A stretch of DNA of 64,000 bases from Vulcanimicrobiota bacterium (GTDB taxonomy: Bacteria; Vulcanimicrobiota; Vulcanimicrobiia; Vulcanimicrobiales; Vulcanimicrobiaceae): assembly GCA_963752625.1 (NCBI GenBank), contig CAVVYX010000006.1, positions 44,960 through 108,959 of the forward strand, given 5' to 3'. The position numbers and the translations under genes were made by a program. Under the pieces are notes generated by a model that worked only from the letters and a program-made list of their open reading frames with translations, was not told the origin of the DNA and ran no database searches. Positions within the stretch are counted from its first letter, which is position 1, and the number at the start of each line of letters is the position of its first letter. Shown piece by piece: positions 17,500 to 27,337 of this stretch.

Positions 17500-17874
17500 C
17501 TAGCGCTTCTTCCGCCCAGCGGCCTTTCTCGCCGCCGGAGCCTTCCGCGCCGTCGCTTTTGATGCGGCCTTCTTGCGAGCCGTTCCGCGCCCGCCGCGCT
17601 TAGACATGACGGCTTCTTTGAGCGCCTTGGCCGGCAAGAACTTGAAGACGCGCTTTGCGGGCACTTTTACCTGCTCGCCTGTCGCCGGATTGCGCGCCAT
17701 GCGCGCGGCGCGATCGCGAACCTTGAACTGGCCAAAGCCCGGGATCTTGACCGGCTCGCCTGACATCACCGCCGCCTGAATGTCGTCGAAAACGCCGTCG
17801 ATCAATGCGACCGCATCCCTACGCGAGAGCTCGAGCCGATCGACCGCCGAGCGCACCAAATCTAGTTTGTTCAT
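17500..17874 (-). CDS. hup: HU/IHF-family nucleoid protein with a basic K/A/R-rich C-terminal tail
   Basis: MNKLDLV...FGQFKVRDRAARMARNPATGEQVKVPAKRVFKF, then RKKAASKATARKAPAARKAAGRKKR. The ATG at 17874 was verified. Confidence 0.9.
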   Translation of the reverse strand: MNKLDLVRSAVDRLELSRRDAVALIDGVFDDIQAAVMSGEPVKIPGFGQFKVRDRAARMARNPATGEQVKVPAKRVFKFLPAKALKEAVMSKRGGRGTARKKAASKATARKAPAARKAAGRKKR

Positions 17875-17940
17875 CGGTTCCTTTCGTCTGAAAAAGCGGG
17901 CTGTGATCGTGCTAAATCGCTTCGCGCTGCTTGCTACGAA

Positions 17941-19251
17941 ATGATGATGGACTCCTTGTCGAAAGCTAATCCGCTCATGCCCGGCAAGCTCGCGACCTTT
18001 CATCCCGGTCCGCTGCGCGGTACCGTCGGCGTCCCCGGCGACAAGTCGATTTCGCACCGGGCATTGATCGTGGGCGCCCGGTGCACCGAGCCGTTGCGTA
18101 TCGCGCATCTCAATCCGGGCCGCGATGTCCGCGCGACGCGCCAAGCGCTCAACGCGCTCGGCACCCGCATCGACGGAGACGGCGCCGACGTCGTGGTGCG
18201 CCCCCGGGCGTGGCGATCGCCGGCCGAAACGCTCGATTGCATGAACTCCGGTTCGACCGCCAGGATGCTCCTCGGCGCCTGCAGCGGTGCGAACGTGGCT
18301 GCCCGATTCGACGGCGACGCATCGCTGCGGCGCCGTCCAATGGAGCCCGTCGCGGCACAGCTGCGCGCCTTCGGCGCGACGATCCGGACCTCCAACGGCC
18401 GCCTCCCGCTCGAGTTGTCCGGCGTTCCGACCGTCGAGACGCGCCGGTTTATCCTCCTCGCGCCCTCCGCGCAGGTCAAATCCGCGCTCCTGCTTGCCGG
18501 ACTGTTTGCGGGCGTCCCCGTGCGGATCGAGGGAGATCGCGGCTCGCGCGATCACACGGAGCGGCTCCTGTGCTACCTCGGGGCTGAGATCGAGTGGAAC
18601 GCCCGCAGCGCGGCACTGAACCGGGCCGAGCTCGTGAGTCGCGCCGTGGAGGTCGCCGGCGACATCTCGGGCGCCGCATTCTTCATCGCGGCCGCGGCGA
18701 TCACGCCGGGGAGCGCGATCGTCGTCACCGACGTGGGCGTTAACCACACTCGCACCGGCCTGATCGACGCGCTGCGTTCAATGGGCGCGAGCATCGAGTT
18801 CCGCAACGAACGCATGCACTGCGGCGAGCCCGTCGCCGACGTCGCCGTCGAATACCGCGCGCTGCGCGCGGCGGGAATCGGTGCGGAGGTCGCGCTACGC
18901 GCCGTCGACGAGATCCCGCTCCTGGCCATTGCCGCGGCGTTCGCCTCGGGCACGACGACGATCGACGGGGTCGCCGACCTGCGCACCAAGGAGTCCGATC
19001 GGCTCGCGGCCATCGAGCGGCTGCTGAATGCCGTCGGCATCCGCGCGTCTTTTGAGCGGCATCGGCTCGCGATCGCCGGTGACAAACCCGCGTCCACGGG
19101 CGGCCTCATCGAGACGCAGGGTGATCACCGCATCGCCATGGCGGCAGCCGCGCTCGGCTGCGCCGCGGGGCCGCTGGCCATCGACGACGATGCCAGCCTG
19201 GACGTCAGCTTCCCGGGGTTCCTGACGGCCCTGGACCGCCTTCGGGCGTAG
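17941..19251 (+). CDS. aroA: 3-phosphoshikimate 1-carboxyvinyltransferase (EPSP synthase)
   Basis: LRGTVGVPGDKSISHRALI, MNSGSTARML and DHRIAMAAA motifs. Confidence 0.9.
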   Translation: MMMDSLSKANPLMPGKLATFHPGPLRGTVGVPGDKSISHRALIVGARCTEPLRIAHLNPGRDVRATRQALNALGTRIDGDGADVVVRPRAWRSPAETLDCMNSGSTARMLLGACSGANVAARFDGDASLRRRPMEPVAAQLRAFGATIRTSNGRLPLELSGVPTVETRRFILLAPSAQVKSALLLAGLFAGVPVRIEGDRGSRDHTERLLCYLGAEIEWNARSAALNRAELVSRAVEVAGDISGAAFFIAAAAITPGSAIVVTDVGVNHTRTGLIDALRSMGASIEFRNERMHCGEPVADVAVEYRALRAAGIGAEVALRAVDEIPLLAIAAAFASGTTTIDGVADLRTKESDRLAAIERLLNAVGIRASFERHRLAIAGDKPASTGGLIETQGDHRIAMAAAALGCAAGPLAIDDDASLDVSFPGFLTALDRLRA

Positions 19252-19257
19252 GAACTC

Positions 19258-19557
19258 CTAGGCCGCCGATTCGGAGGCCGCCTTGGCCGGCTTGTCGCTC
19301 TTATCGCCCGACGCGGGCTTTTCAGACTTCTCGGCCTTTTCGGGCTTCTCGGCCTTTTCGGGCTTGCCGCCGGCGCTCGATCCCCGAGAGTCCGTCACAT
19401 AAAATCCCGAGCCCTTGAAGAGCACGGGTGCGGCATTAAACACCCTGCGCAGAGCGGCGCCGCAGCTTGGGCACGGGGCATCGTGGGTCTCGTCGAAGCC
19501 GTGCCGCACCTCGTGGATCCGGCCGCAGCGCGTGCAGGCATAATCATAGAGCGGCAT
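19258..19557 (-). CDS. FmdB-family zinc-ribbon protein with a K/E/P repeat tail
   Basis: MPLYDYACTRCG...CPSCG...FKGSGFYVTD, then KPEKAEKPEKAEKSEKP. Confidence 0.8.
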   Translation of the reverse strand: MPLYDYACTRCGRIHEVRHGFDETHDAPCPSCGAALRRVFNAAPVLFKGSGFYVTDSRGSSAGGKPEKAEKPEKAEKSEKPASGDKSDKPAKAASESAA

Positions 19558-19616
19558 GGTCAGAGTATAGCCCCCTTAGCACTCTCGGTCAATGACTGCC
19601 AGCGCGTGCTGTTGGA

Positions 19617-20114
19617 CTAGAAATCCGCCAGAACCGGCGCGTCCCGCCGGTACTCGACCAGACCCTTGAAGTGGATCAGGGAATCGTCGAGTGCGCTCGC
19701 CAGCCTGCGTCCGCGCTGCCAGCGGTCGAGCAGCAGCCCGAACCGCCCGTGATACGCCGGGTAGGCAAGCCGCACGTGAATCCGAGTGCACGACGTCCGC
19801 CGCTCGATCCGAAAATCGATGCGTCTGCGCACCGAGTACGCGCCGACGAGCGAGAGCCGGTAGCTGGCGACGAGATCGTCGACTTCGTAGAGCTCCTCTT
19901 CGTTGCCCGGAAGCCCTGACCGGATCACGACCTCGCTGCCCACGTCGAGTGGTTCGGAGCTGACGCGGCGCGCGCTGCGCAGGAACGATAGCCACACGGG
20001 CCACTTCTCCACGGCGCAGAGCAGCGCGAAGGCATCCTCCGCGGAGCAGTCCACGTCCAAGCTCGAGCCGTGCGTTGGAAGACCTGGCGCAAATACGTCG
20101 TCGGCGATAGCCAT
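19617..20114 (-). CDS. SRPBCC/START-like family protein
   Basis: ATG at 20114. AEDAFALLCAVEKWPVWLSFLRSA is typical of polyketide-cyclase/SRPBCC folds. The assignment is tentative. Confidence 0.5.
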   Translation of the reverse strand: MAIADDVFAPGLPTHGSSLDVDCSAEDAFALLCAVEKWPVWLSFLRSARRVSSEPLDVGSEVVIRSGLPGNEEELYEVDDLVASYRLSLVGAYSVRRRIDFRIERRTSCTRIHVRLAYPAYHGRFGLLLDRWQRGRRLASALDDSLIHFKGLVEYRRDAPVLADF

Positions 20115-20124
20115 ATCGCCCGTT

Positions 20125-21306
20125 CTAATCCGAGTCGAAACCGCCGGAATCCTGCGCAAACAGCGCAAAGAGCACGAGCGTCTCGACGCCCATGGGCAGT
20201 GCCGCCTCGTCGATGCGAAACAGTGCGCTGTGCCCGGGATGGACGGCGCCGGCCGACTCGCTGCGCACGCCGAGGCGCATCAAGAGCGCGGGGACGCGCT
20301 GCGCGAAGTACGCGAAGTCTTCCCCGCCCATGGTCGCGTCCGGCGCCTCTACGCGCAGCGAGCTTCGCTCGCGAACGAACTCCGTGAAGTCCGCGGCGAG
20401 CGCCGCGTCGTTGATCACCGCCGGATACCCCCGGACAATGCGCACCTCGCTGTGGACGCTATACGCGGCGGCTATGCCGGCGACGATGCGACGCACCTTT
20501 TCGATCAGGGCCTCGCGCACGACCGCGTCGTGCGAGCGCAGCGTGCCGCTCAGCGAGATCTCGTCCGCGATGACGTTGCTGCGATAGCCGCCGGCGATCG
20601 TGCCGATCGTTACGACGGCGCTCGCTAGGGGATCGGTCTCGCGCGCGACGACGTTCTGCAGGGCGAGCACGATCGCAGCCGCCGCGGGCAGCGCGTCGAC
20701 CGCGGTGTGCGGATGGCCGCCGTGGCCGCCGCGTCCGCGCACCGTGAGGTAGAGCTCGTCGGTCGCGGCGCTCACCGGCCCGGGCGCGATGCCGATGGTT
20801 CCGACGTCGAGGCGCGTGTCGACGTGGAGCATCGCGATCGCGTCGACGGATGGCGCGTCGAGCGCCCCCTCTTCGATCATCGGGAGTGCTCCGCCCGGCC
20901 CTTCTTCCGCCGGCTGAAAGAGCAGCACGACCGTGCCGCGCAGCGTCGGCCGCATTGCTGCGAGCACGCGGGCCGCGCCGAGCAGCATCGCGGTGTGCGC
21001 GTCGTGACCGCACGCGTGCATCTTGCCGTCGACCTCCGACGCGAAGGCCAGGCCGCTGCGCTCGGCAATCGGCAATGCGTCCATGTCGGCTCGCAACGCG
21101 ACCGCCCTTGCGGGAGCGCCGCCCTCGACATAGCCGATCACGCCGGTCTGCGCCACGCGCCGATGGCGGATCTGCAGGGCGTCGAGCTCTCGCTCGATCA
21201 GCGCGGCGGTCGCGTGTTCTTCGAAGCCGAGCTCGGGGCGCCGATGTATGGCTCGCCGCAGCTCCACGACACGCCCGGCCAGGGTTTCGTCGATGTCTAA
21301 CGCCAT
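20125..21306 (-). CDS. M20D-family amidohydrolase (N-acyl-amino-acid/hippurate hydrolase type)
   Basis: IHRRPELGFEEHATA, ALRADMDALP and HACGHDAH motifs. Confidence 0.85.
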   Translation of the reverse strand: MALDIDETLAGRVVELRRAIHRRPELGFEEHATAALIERELDALQIRHRRVAQTGVIGYVEGGAPARAVALRADMDALPIAERSGLAFASEVDGKMHACGHDAHTAMLLGAARVLAAMRPTLRGTVVLLFQPAEEGPGGALPMIEEGALDAPSVDAIAMLHVDTRLDVGTIGIAPGPVSAATDELYLTVRGRGGHGGHPHTAVDALPAAAAIVLALQNVVARETDPLASAVVTIGTIAGGYRSNVIADEISLSGTLRSHDAVVREALIEKVRRIVAGIAAAYSVHSEVRIVRGYPAVINDAALAADFTEFVRERSSLRVEAPDATMGGEDFAYFAQRVPALLMRLGVRSESAGAVHPGHSALFRIDEAALPMGVETLVLFALFAQDSGGFDSD

Positions 21307-21380
21307 CGCAGGCGAAGTTAACGCACCGGTACTTTCCTTCCCTCCGGCGAAGCTAGTATTGTGTCACACTCACCGCCGCG

Positions 21381-22124
21381 ATGATGACGCCGGATCTCGC
21401 CTTTGCGATTCTGATCAACCGGACCAGCGCGTACTACAACGCCAACCCGCCGGCTTACATGACCTACGTTGAGCGGACCCATGTCATGGCGCCGACCATG
21501 GGACGGACGCAGGACATCAACCGCTCGATCGCGGTGCGGGTGGCCGACGACTACGCCGTCATGCAGGACCTGCCGAACGGCGGTTATCGCACGGGCCAGG
21601 CGTTCCCGGTCGTCGCATATTTCGATCCGCTGTCGGCGTTTACGTTCAGCTACTTCGCCAACCTCAAGCGCGTCGACATCACGCTGCAACGCGGGGCCTC
21701 GCTCTTTCTGAGACTACCCGAAGCCGACCCGAGCGTGACCGCGGTCGTTCCGTACAACAGCTTTTGGGCCGCACGTTACGCGTCCGACTCGACCGACGCG
21801 GCACTGCACCTGCTGATCGACCCGACGCCGCGCGTCCAGCAGGGCTTCTATCCATCCGAGATCGTGGAGGACGCCGCCACGCGCTTACCCTCCAAGATCG
21901 AGATGCGCGTGGTGGGCGGAGACGAGGTGATCGATCTCGACTATGCGGTGATCGGCGGTCACTGGGTAGTTGTGCACGGGCGCTTCAGCGCGACGCAGCA
22001 CGCGGCATTTCTCACCTTCAAGGTGATCGCCGACGTGACGTTCAGCGATATCGCGTTTCCGGCACAGGCTCCCGACGCCCGCCTGGCGGGAACTCCCACG
22101 CCGGAGGCGACGCCCACTCCTTAG
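21381..22124 (+). CDS. Hypothetical protein
   Basis: ORF with protein-like composition and no motif I recognise. Its 3' end overlaps the convergent RND gene by 83 nt. Confidence 0.4.
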   Translation: MMTPDLAFAILINRTSAYYNANPPAYMTYVERTHVMAPTMGRTQDINRSIAVRVADDYAVMQDLPNGGYRTGQAFPVVAYFDPLSAFTFSYFANLKRVDITLQRGASLFLRLPEADPSVTAVVPYNSFWAARYASDSTDAALHLLIDPTPRVQQGFYPSEIVEDAATRLPSKIEMRVVGGDEVIDLDYAVIGGHWVVVHGRFSATQHAAFLTFKVIADVTFSDIAFPAQAPDARLAGTPTPEATPTP

Positions 22125-25100
22125 TCGCCGTGTCGCGCGGGGCGAGCCACACGTACACGTTGGGGATCAGCACGAGCGTCAGCACGAGCGAGCTGAAGAC
22201 GCCGCCGATCACGACGATGCCGAGGCTCGAGCGCGACGCGGCGCCCGGGTCCAGCGCGAGCGCGAGCGCCAAGTTCCCCGCCATCACCGAGAAGCTGGTC
22301 ATGATGATCGGCCTAAATCGCGTGTGCGCGCTCTGCATGATCGCGGATAGCTTATCCAGGCCGCGGCTTCGCAGCGTGTTGGCGTAGTCGACCAACAATA
22401 TTCCGTTCTTCGTCGCGATCCCGATCAGGAGGATGGTGCCGATTAGCGAGAAGAGATTGAGTGTGTTGTGCGTCAGCCAGAGGGCACCGATCGCCCCGAT
22501 GGCCGCCACCGGAACCGAGAAGATGATGATGAACGGCGAAACGTAGCTGTTGTAGAGCGCGACCATCAGCAGGTAGACGAGAATCACCGACACGATCATC
22601 GAGAGTCCCATGCCCACCAGCGTCTGATGCATGAAGTCCTGCTGGCCGAGCGGCGCCGGCCGCACGGCGATGTTGGGCGGCAGGTGCAGCGACGGGAGGC
22701 GCTTGGCCAGGCCGCGCTCGACCGCCGAGAGCGACGAGTTGCCGGCGTAGTTTGCATCCACGTGGATGACGTTGTTGCGATCCGTTCGCGTAATGAGCGG
22801 CGCCGTCGGCGTTGAGACGAAACGCGCGATATCGCTGAGGTATACGAGGTTGCCGGACGACGAGCGCACCGCCACGGACTTCAGTACATTGAGGTTGGTC
22901 TGGTACGATTCCGGATAGATGACTTGAACCTGCTCGAGTCCCGAGGTCGTCTCGAACTGCGTCGCGACGTTGCCGCCGAACGCCGCGCCGGCGGCCTGAG
23001 CCGCTTGCCCGAGATCGACGCCGAGCGCCTGAGCCTTCTCGCGGTCGAACTGAATAGAGATCTCCGGCGCGAGCTGCGTGCCCGTACTGTTGACGCTGGT
23101 CGCGCCCGGCACGCGCTGAAGCAATTGAAACACCTGCTGCGCGTACCGCGTCGGATCGCCGCCGGTCACATCGGTCACGAGGACGTCGATCGGCTGCGAG
23201 TTGCCGCCTTGCGTCGAGGTGGCAGGCACGACGACGGCGTGCACGCCGGTCGGGATGTTGCGATCGACGATCTTCTGGAACTGCTGCACCCTGTAACTCG
23301 TCGCATGTTTGCGGTCGTCCTTCAGCCAGACGTGAACCTGACCGACGTTGCTCTGGGATACGAAGCCGCCAAACGAGGCGGCGTACGCGCCGGCCACTGC
23401 CGTGTTTGCGAAGATGTCGGGCGTGTCGAGCATCTTGCGCTCGAGCGCGAACGTACCTTTCTCCACGGTCGCAATCGGCGTGCCGATGGGATAGATCAGC
23501 TGAACGTAAAGCTCACCGCGGTCGACTCGCGGGATGAACTCCTCACCGACCGCCCCGAAGGCGACCATAGCCAGAGCCAGCCCGAACGTCCCGGCGCAGA
23601 AGAGCGCGACGAGCCGGCCGTGCGCCATGCTCCACGGGAGCGCACGCTCGGTGTACCAGGTGCGCGTGTCGTCGAATTTGCGTCCGAACCACTCGACGAC
23701 GGGCCAGGGCTTCCACTTCGAGCGCAGCGCCCAGAGGCCGGCCAGAGTCGGCGTGATCGTGAACGACACGAAGAGCGAGGTGAGCGTCGAGATCACGACG
23801 ACGATCGCGAACTCCGCGATCTGCCGGCCGACCTGGCCCCCAATGAACGCAATCGGGAAGAACACTACCACGTCGACCAGCGTGATCACGACCGCGGCCG
23901 CGCCGATCTCCTCTCGGCCGCGGACGGCGGCCTCCTCGCGGTCGGCCTTCAGCTCGGTGTAGTGGCGCTCGATGTTCTCCAAGACGACGGTCGAGTCGTC
24001 CACCAGTATGCCGATCACCAGCGACATACCGAGCAGCGAGATCGTGTCGATCGTCAGGTGCGTCAGCTTCATCACCGTGATCGCGATCGCGAGTGACGTC
24101 GGAATGGCGATGCACACCACGATCGCGCTGCGCCACGAGCGCAGGAAGAAGATCATCGCGATGCCGGTGAGCAGGATCGCTTCCATCAGCGTGCGCGTCA
24201 CGATGGCGATCTGCTGACCGGTGAACTTGGACTGAACGTTGATGACCCGGAAGCTGATTTCCGGAAACTGCGCCTCGATCCGAGGGAGGGCGCGCAGGAT
24301 GTTGTTCGACGCGTCGACCTCGCTGCCGGTGGCGGCCTTCTGGACCTGCATGAAGAGCCCGGGCTTGCCGCTGATGTGGGCGTATTGCAGCCGCGGCTCG
24401 TAGCCTTCCGAGACGGTGGCGACGTCGCCGACCCGAACGACGGAGTTCGCCGCGGTCCACGGGTTGACGACGCCGGCAAGCGCCCCGACGCCGCCGCGAT
24501 AGTTCTCAACCTGCGCGCCGGTGGAGGTCTGGCTCGTCGCGGTTGACGGCCCGGCGCCGCCCGCCGGCACGATCGCCAGGTCGCGGACCGTGTCAAGGCT
24601 CTGGATGTCGCCGCGGATGTCGATCGTCGTCTGGCGATTCGGCTCGTACGCGAAGCCGCCGGGTACACGCTGATTGTCCAACTGCAGCGTGTTGATGACG
24701 TCGTCGAGCGTGAGGTTCGCGGCCGCGAGCCGCACCGGGTCGACCACGACCTCGTATGCGGGCGTGACGATCCCGCCGACGTTGACGAAGGAAATGTCCG
24801 GCACTTGCTCCATCTGCGGCGCGATTACGTTGGTGGCGTACATCGCCAGCCGCGACAGCGAGAGCTTTTGCGAGTAGAGCGCCAGCGTTACGACGACGGA
24901 TTGCGTCGGGTCGCGCAGGTTGACCGTAGGCGGGCTGATGTTCGTCGGCAGGTATTTCTCCGCAGCCTGGATCGCCTTGTTCGTGAGCGCTAGGTCCGTC
25001 GCAGTGTCCGACGTGATGTTGAAGATCGCCGTGATCTGCGCTTCACCTTGTTGGACCACCGCATTGAGCGTCTGAAGGTCGGGCGTGCCGGCCAGGTTCT

Positions 25101-25311
25101 GCTCGATTGGTTGAACGATGTTGTCACGCATCTCGGTGACCGAGGCGCCGCTGTACGAGACGGAGACGGTCACCGTTGGCTGGCTGACGTCGGGATAGAG
25201 CTCCTTGACGATGGTCGCCGTCGAGAGAACGCCCGCGAACGTCATCAGCGCGACGATGACGAAGACGAGCGTGGGGCGCCGGATGAACAGCCGGGTCAGG
25301 CTGAATTTCAT
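22042..25311 (-). CDS. RND efflux transporter, AcrB-like inner-membrane subunit
   Basis: 1089 aa. Twelve-TM/two-loop organisation with typical N-terminus MKFSLTRLFIRRPTLVFV and repeated TM bundles. Confidence 0.9.
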   Translation of the reverse strand: MKFSLTRLFIRRPTLVFVIVALMTFAGVLSTATIVKELYPDVSQPTVTVSVSYSGASVTEMRDNIVQPIEQNLAGTPDLQTLNAVVQQGEAQITAIFNITSDTATDLALTNKAIQAAEKYLPTNISPPTVNLRDPTQSVVVTLALYSQKLSLSRLAMYATNVIAPQMEQVPDISFVNVGGIVTPAYEVVVDPVRLAAANLTLDDVINTLQLDNQRVPGGFAYEPNRQTTIDIRGDIQSLDTVRDLAIVPAGGAGPSTATSQTSTGAQVENYRGGVGALAGVVNPWTAANSVVRVGDVATVSEGYEPRLQYAHISGKPGLFMQVQKAATGSEVDASNNILRALPRIEAQFPEISFRVINVQSKFTGQQIAIVTRTLMEAILLTGIAMIFFLRSWRSAIVVCIAIPTSLAIAITVMKLTHLTIDTISLLGMSLVIGILVDDSTVVLENIERHYTELKADREEAAVRGREEIGAAAVVITLVDVVVFFPIAFIGGQVGRQIAEFAIVVVISTLTSLFVSFTITPTLAGLWALRSKWKPWPVVEWFGRKFDDTRTWYTERALPWSMAHGRLVALFCAGTFGLALAMVAFGAVGEEFIPRVDRGELYVQLIYPIGTPIATVEKGTFALERKMLDTPDIFANTAVAGAYAASFGGFVSQSNVGQVHVWLKDDRKHATSYRVQQFQKIVDRNIPTGVHAVVVPATSTQGGNSQPIDVLVTDVTGGDPTRYAQQVFQLLQRVPGATSVNSTGTQLAPEISIQFDREKAQALGVDLGQAAQAAGAAFGGNVATQFETTSGLEQVQVIYPESYQTNLNVLKSVAVRSSSGNLVYLSDIARFVSTPTAPLITRTDRNNVIHVDANYAGNSSLSAVERGLAKRLPSLHLPPNIAVRPAPLGQQDFMHQTLVGMGLSMIVSVILVYLLMVALYNSYVSPFIIIFSVPVAAIGAIGALWLTHNTLNLFSLIGTILLIGIATKNGILLVDYANTLRSRGLDKLSAIMQSAHTRFRPIIMTSFSVMAGNLALALALDPGAASRSSLGIVVIGGVFSSLVLTLVLIPNVYVWLAPRDTATKEWASPPAWEFPPGGRREPVPETRYR

Positions 25312-26585
25312 GGCTGGAAGGAGACCTTTTCGCCGTCGCCCACGCTCGACTGGCCGTTGCTCACTACGCGCGTCCCGGACGAGAGACCGGTGACGATCGA
25401 CGAGGTTCCGTCGGTGCCCACCTCCGCCACCGTGACCGTCTTGATGCTGTCGTCCGGCTGCACGGTCATGATCGCGTCGTGGTTGTCGTCGGTGAAGGCC
25501 GTCGTCGGCACGCGGACGCCGCGGACGGGCGGCGTCGCGATCGTGCCCTGAACGACCATGCCGGGGCGCAGCCGATGGAGTGGGTTGGGCAGCTGCACCT
25601 TGACCTCGAAATCCGTCGATCCCGGATTGATTTCGTTGAGCACGCCGACGACTCGGCCGCCGAAGCGCTGCATGCCGCCGACGTCGGGGGCAGTGATCGT
25701 CGCGACGGCGCCGCCGGTGATTCGCGCGACCTGCTCGCTCGATGCGTGCAGCACCGCGTAGATCGGGTTGACCTGCTGAAGCGTGAACAGCTCGCGGTTT
25801 CCGGGATACTCGCCCGGATTGAAGTTCCGGTTCACGACGACGCCATCGATCGGAGAGGTCAAGGTCGCTTTGCTTATCTGCACGCGTACCTGCTGCGCCT
25901 GGGCGAGCGCGACTTCTTCCTGCGCCTGCGATTGGTGTATCGCCGCGGCCTGCAGACCCTGGCCTGAAAGCGTGCCGTTCGCCTGAACCGTGGAGCGCGC
26001 CGACGCGAGGTTGGCGTTGGCCGAGTTCAGTGCCTGTTCATCGTTACGGACCAGCGTCGACTGCGCGTCGACGGCCTGCTGCGAAACGTAGCCCTGCGCG
26101 AGCAGGTTTCGATCGCGCGACAAATTCATCTGATCGTTCGTGAGCGTCTGCTGAGCCTGGCGGACCGCGGCCTCGTCGGTTCGGACGGTATCCTGACCCT
26201 GCGCGATCGAGAGCGAACCCGCAAACACCGTGTGCGTCGTGTTCGCGTGATTGCTGTTGGCGGTGGCCAGATCCGACTGCATCTGCGCCTGCAAGTCGGA
26301 GGTGTCGAGCTGCGCGAGGATCTGGCCGGCGCGCACCGAGTCACCCTCGTGCACGTAGACCGCGTTGGCAGGCTCGGAGAGCGAGCTTTGAATGGCCACG
26401 TTTTGAAATGGCGCGATGATGCCGGCGAGCCGTTGTGCCGGTTGGATCGTGCCGTAGCTCGCGACGCTCGTCTGGACGTACGGCGGCCGCACCGGCCCGG
26501 AGTTTTGGCGGCGTCCGCAACCGACCGCGGCTAGGATTGCGAAAGCCGCACAGAACAATCGCAAGAGGCCGTCGCTTCGTTTCAT
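25308..26585 (-). CDS. RND efflux periplasmic adaptor (membrane fusion protein), lipoprotein
   Basis: Lipobox AAVGC. A coiled-coil hairpin flanked by beta-barrel segments. ATGA overlap with the pump gene. Confidence 0.85.
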   Translation of the reverse strand: MKRSDGLLRLFCAAFAILAAVGCGRRQNSGPVRPPYVQTSVASYGTIQPAQRLAGIIAPFQNVAIQSSLSEPANAVYVHEGDSVRAGQILAQLDTSDLQAQMQSDLATANSNHANTTHTVFAGSLSIAQGQDTVRTDEAAVRQAQQTLTNDQMNLSRDRNLLAQGYVSQQAVDAQSTLVRNDEQALNSANANLASARSTVQANGTLSGQGLQAAAIHQSQAQEEVALAQAQQVRVQISKATLTSPIDGVVVNRNFNPGEYPGNRELFTLQQVNPIYAVLHASSEQVARITGGAVATITAPDVGGMQRFGGRVVGVLNEINPGSTDFEVKVQLPNPLHRLRPGMVVQGTIATPPVRGVRVPTTAFTDDNHDAIMTVQPDDSIKTVTVAEVGTDGTSSIVTGLSSGTRVVSNGQSSVGDGEKVSFQP

Positions 26586-26641
26586 GGGTTGGCACGATTG
26601 TACCTAAAGCGCCGGTTCCGAATCCTGGAGTGAATCTGAGA

Positions 26642-27337
26642 ATGAGCTTGGCGGGTGAGCGGCCCCGCGTGCTGGTCATCGATGACGAGCGTGGTTTGCG
26701 AGAGCTCCTCGAGTACGGACTCGAGCGGGCCGGGTTCGAGGTCCGAAGCGTCAGCGAGGGCCTGGCGGCATTGCCGTTGCTCGAAGCCTGGGCCCCTGAC
26801 GTGCTCGTTCTGGACGTGATGCTGCCGGGACCCGACGGGTTCACGCTACTGCCCGAGATCCGGCGGCTGACCACGGCGCCCGTCGTGATGCTCACGGCGC
26901 GCACCGAGATCGCCGAAAAGGTCGCCGGCCTGTCCGCCGGCGCCGACGACTACGTCGGCAAACCGTTCGATTTCGAGGAGCTCGTCGCGCGCCTGCGCAC
27001 GCTGCTACGACGCCCGAGAATCGAAGGGCGCGAGACGCTGGAGTACGCCGACCTCAGCATCGACACGCCCAGCCGCACCGTGCATCGCGGCAACCGGCGC
27101 ATCGAGCTCTCGGCCCGCGAGTTCGACTTGCTGCGCGTGTTCGCGGAACATGCTGAACAGGTGCTGACGCGTTCGGAGTTGCTCGATCTGGTTTGGGGCG
27201 TGGATCGCGACGTCGTGCCCAACACCGTCGAGACGTACGTCTCTTTCCTCCGCGCCAAGCTCGACAGCGGCGAACCCGTCAAGCTGATCCAGACGCTGCG
27301 CGGCGCCGGATATTCCCTGCGGGCAACGCCGTCGTGA
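26642..27337 (+). CDS. OmpR/PhoB-family response regulator
   Basis: VLVIDDE...DVLVLDVMLPGPDG receiver domain and a winged-helix C-terminus LIQTLRGAGYSL. The ATG at 26642 is in frame. Confidence 0.9.
   Translation: MSLAGERPRVLVIDDERGLRELLEYGLERAGFEVRSVSEGLAALPLLEAWAPDVLVLDVMLPGPDGFTLLPEIRRLTTAPVVMLTARTEIAEKVAGLSAGADDYVGKPFDFEELVARLRTLLRRPRIEGRETLEYADLSIDTPSRTVHRGNRRIELSAREFDLLRVFAEHAEQVLTRSELLDLVWGVDRDVVPNTVETYVSFLRAKLDSGEPVKLIQTLRGAGYSLRATPS

Noticed and set aside
19300-19370. An imperfect tandem repeat (CTTCTCGGCCTTTTCGGG-like units), considered as a possible CRISPR or VNTR.
   Set aside because: There are only two to three units with no spacers, and the repeat lies inside the FmdB-family ORF, where it encodes the KPEKAEK repeat.
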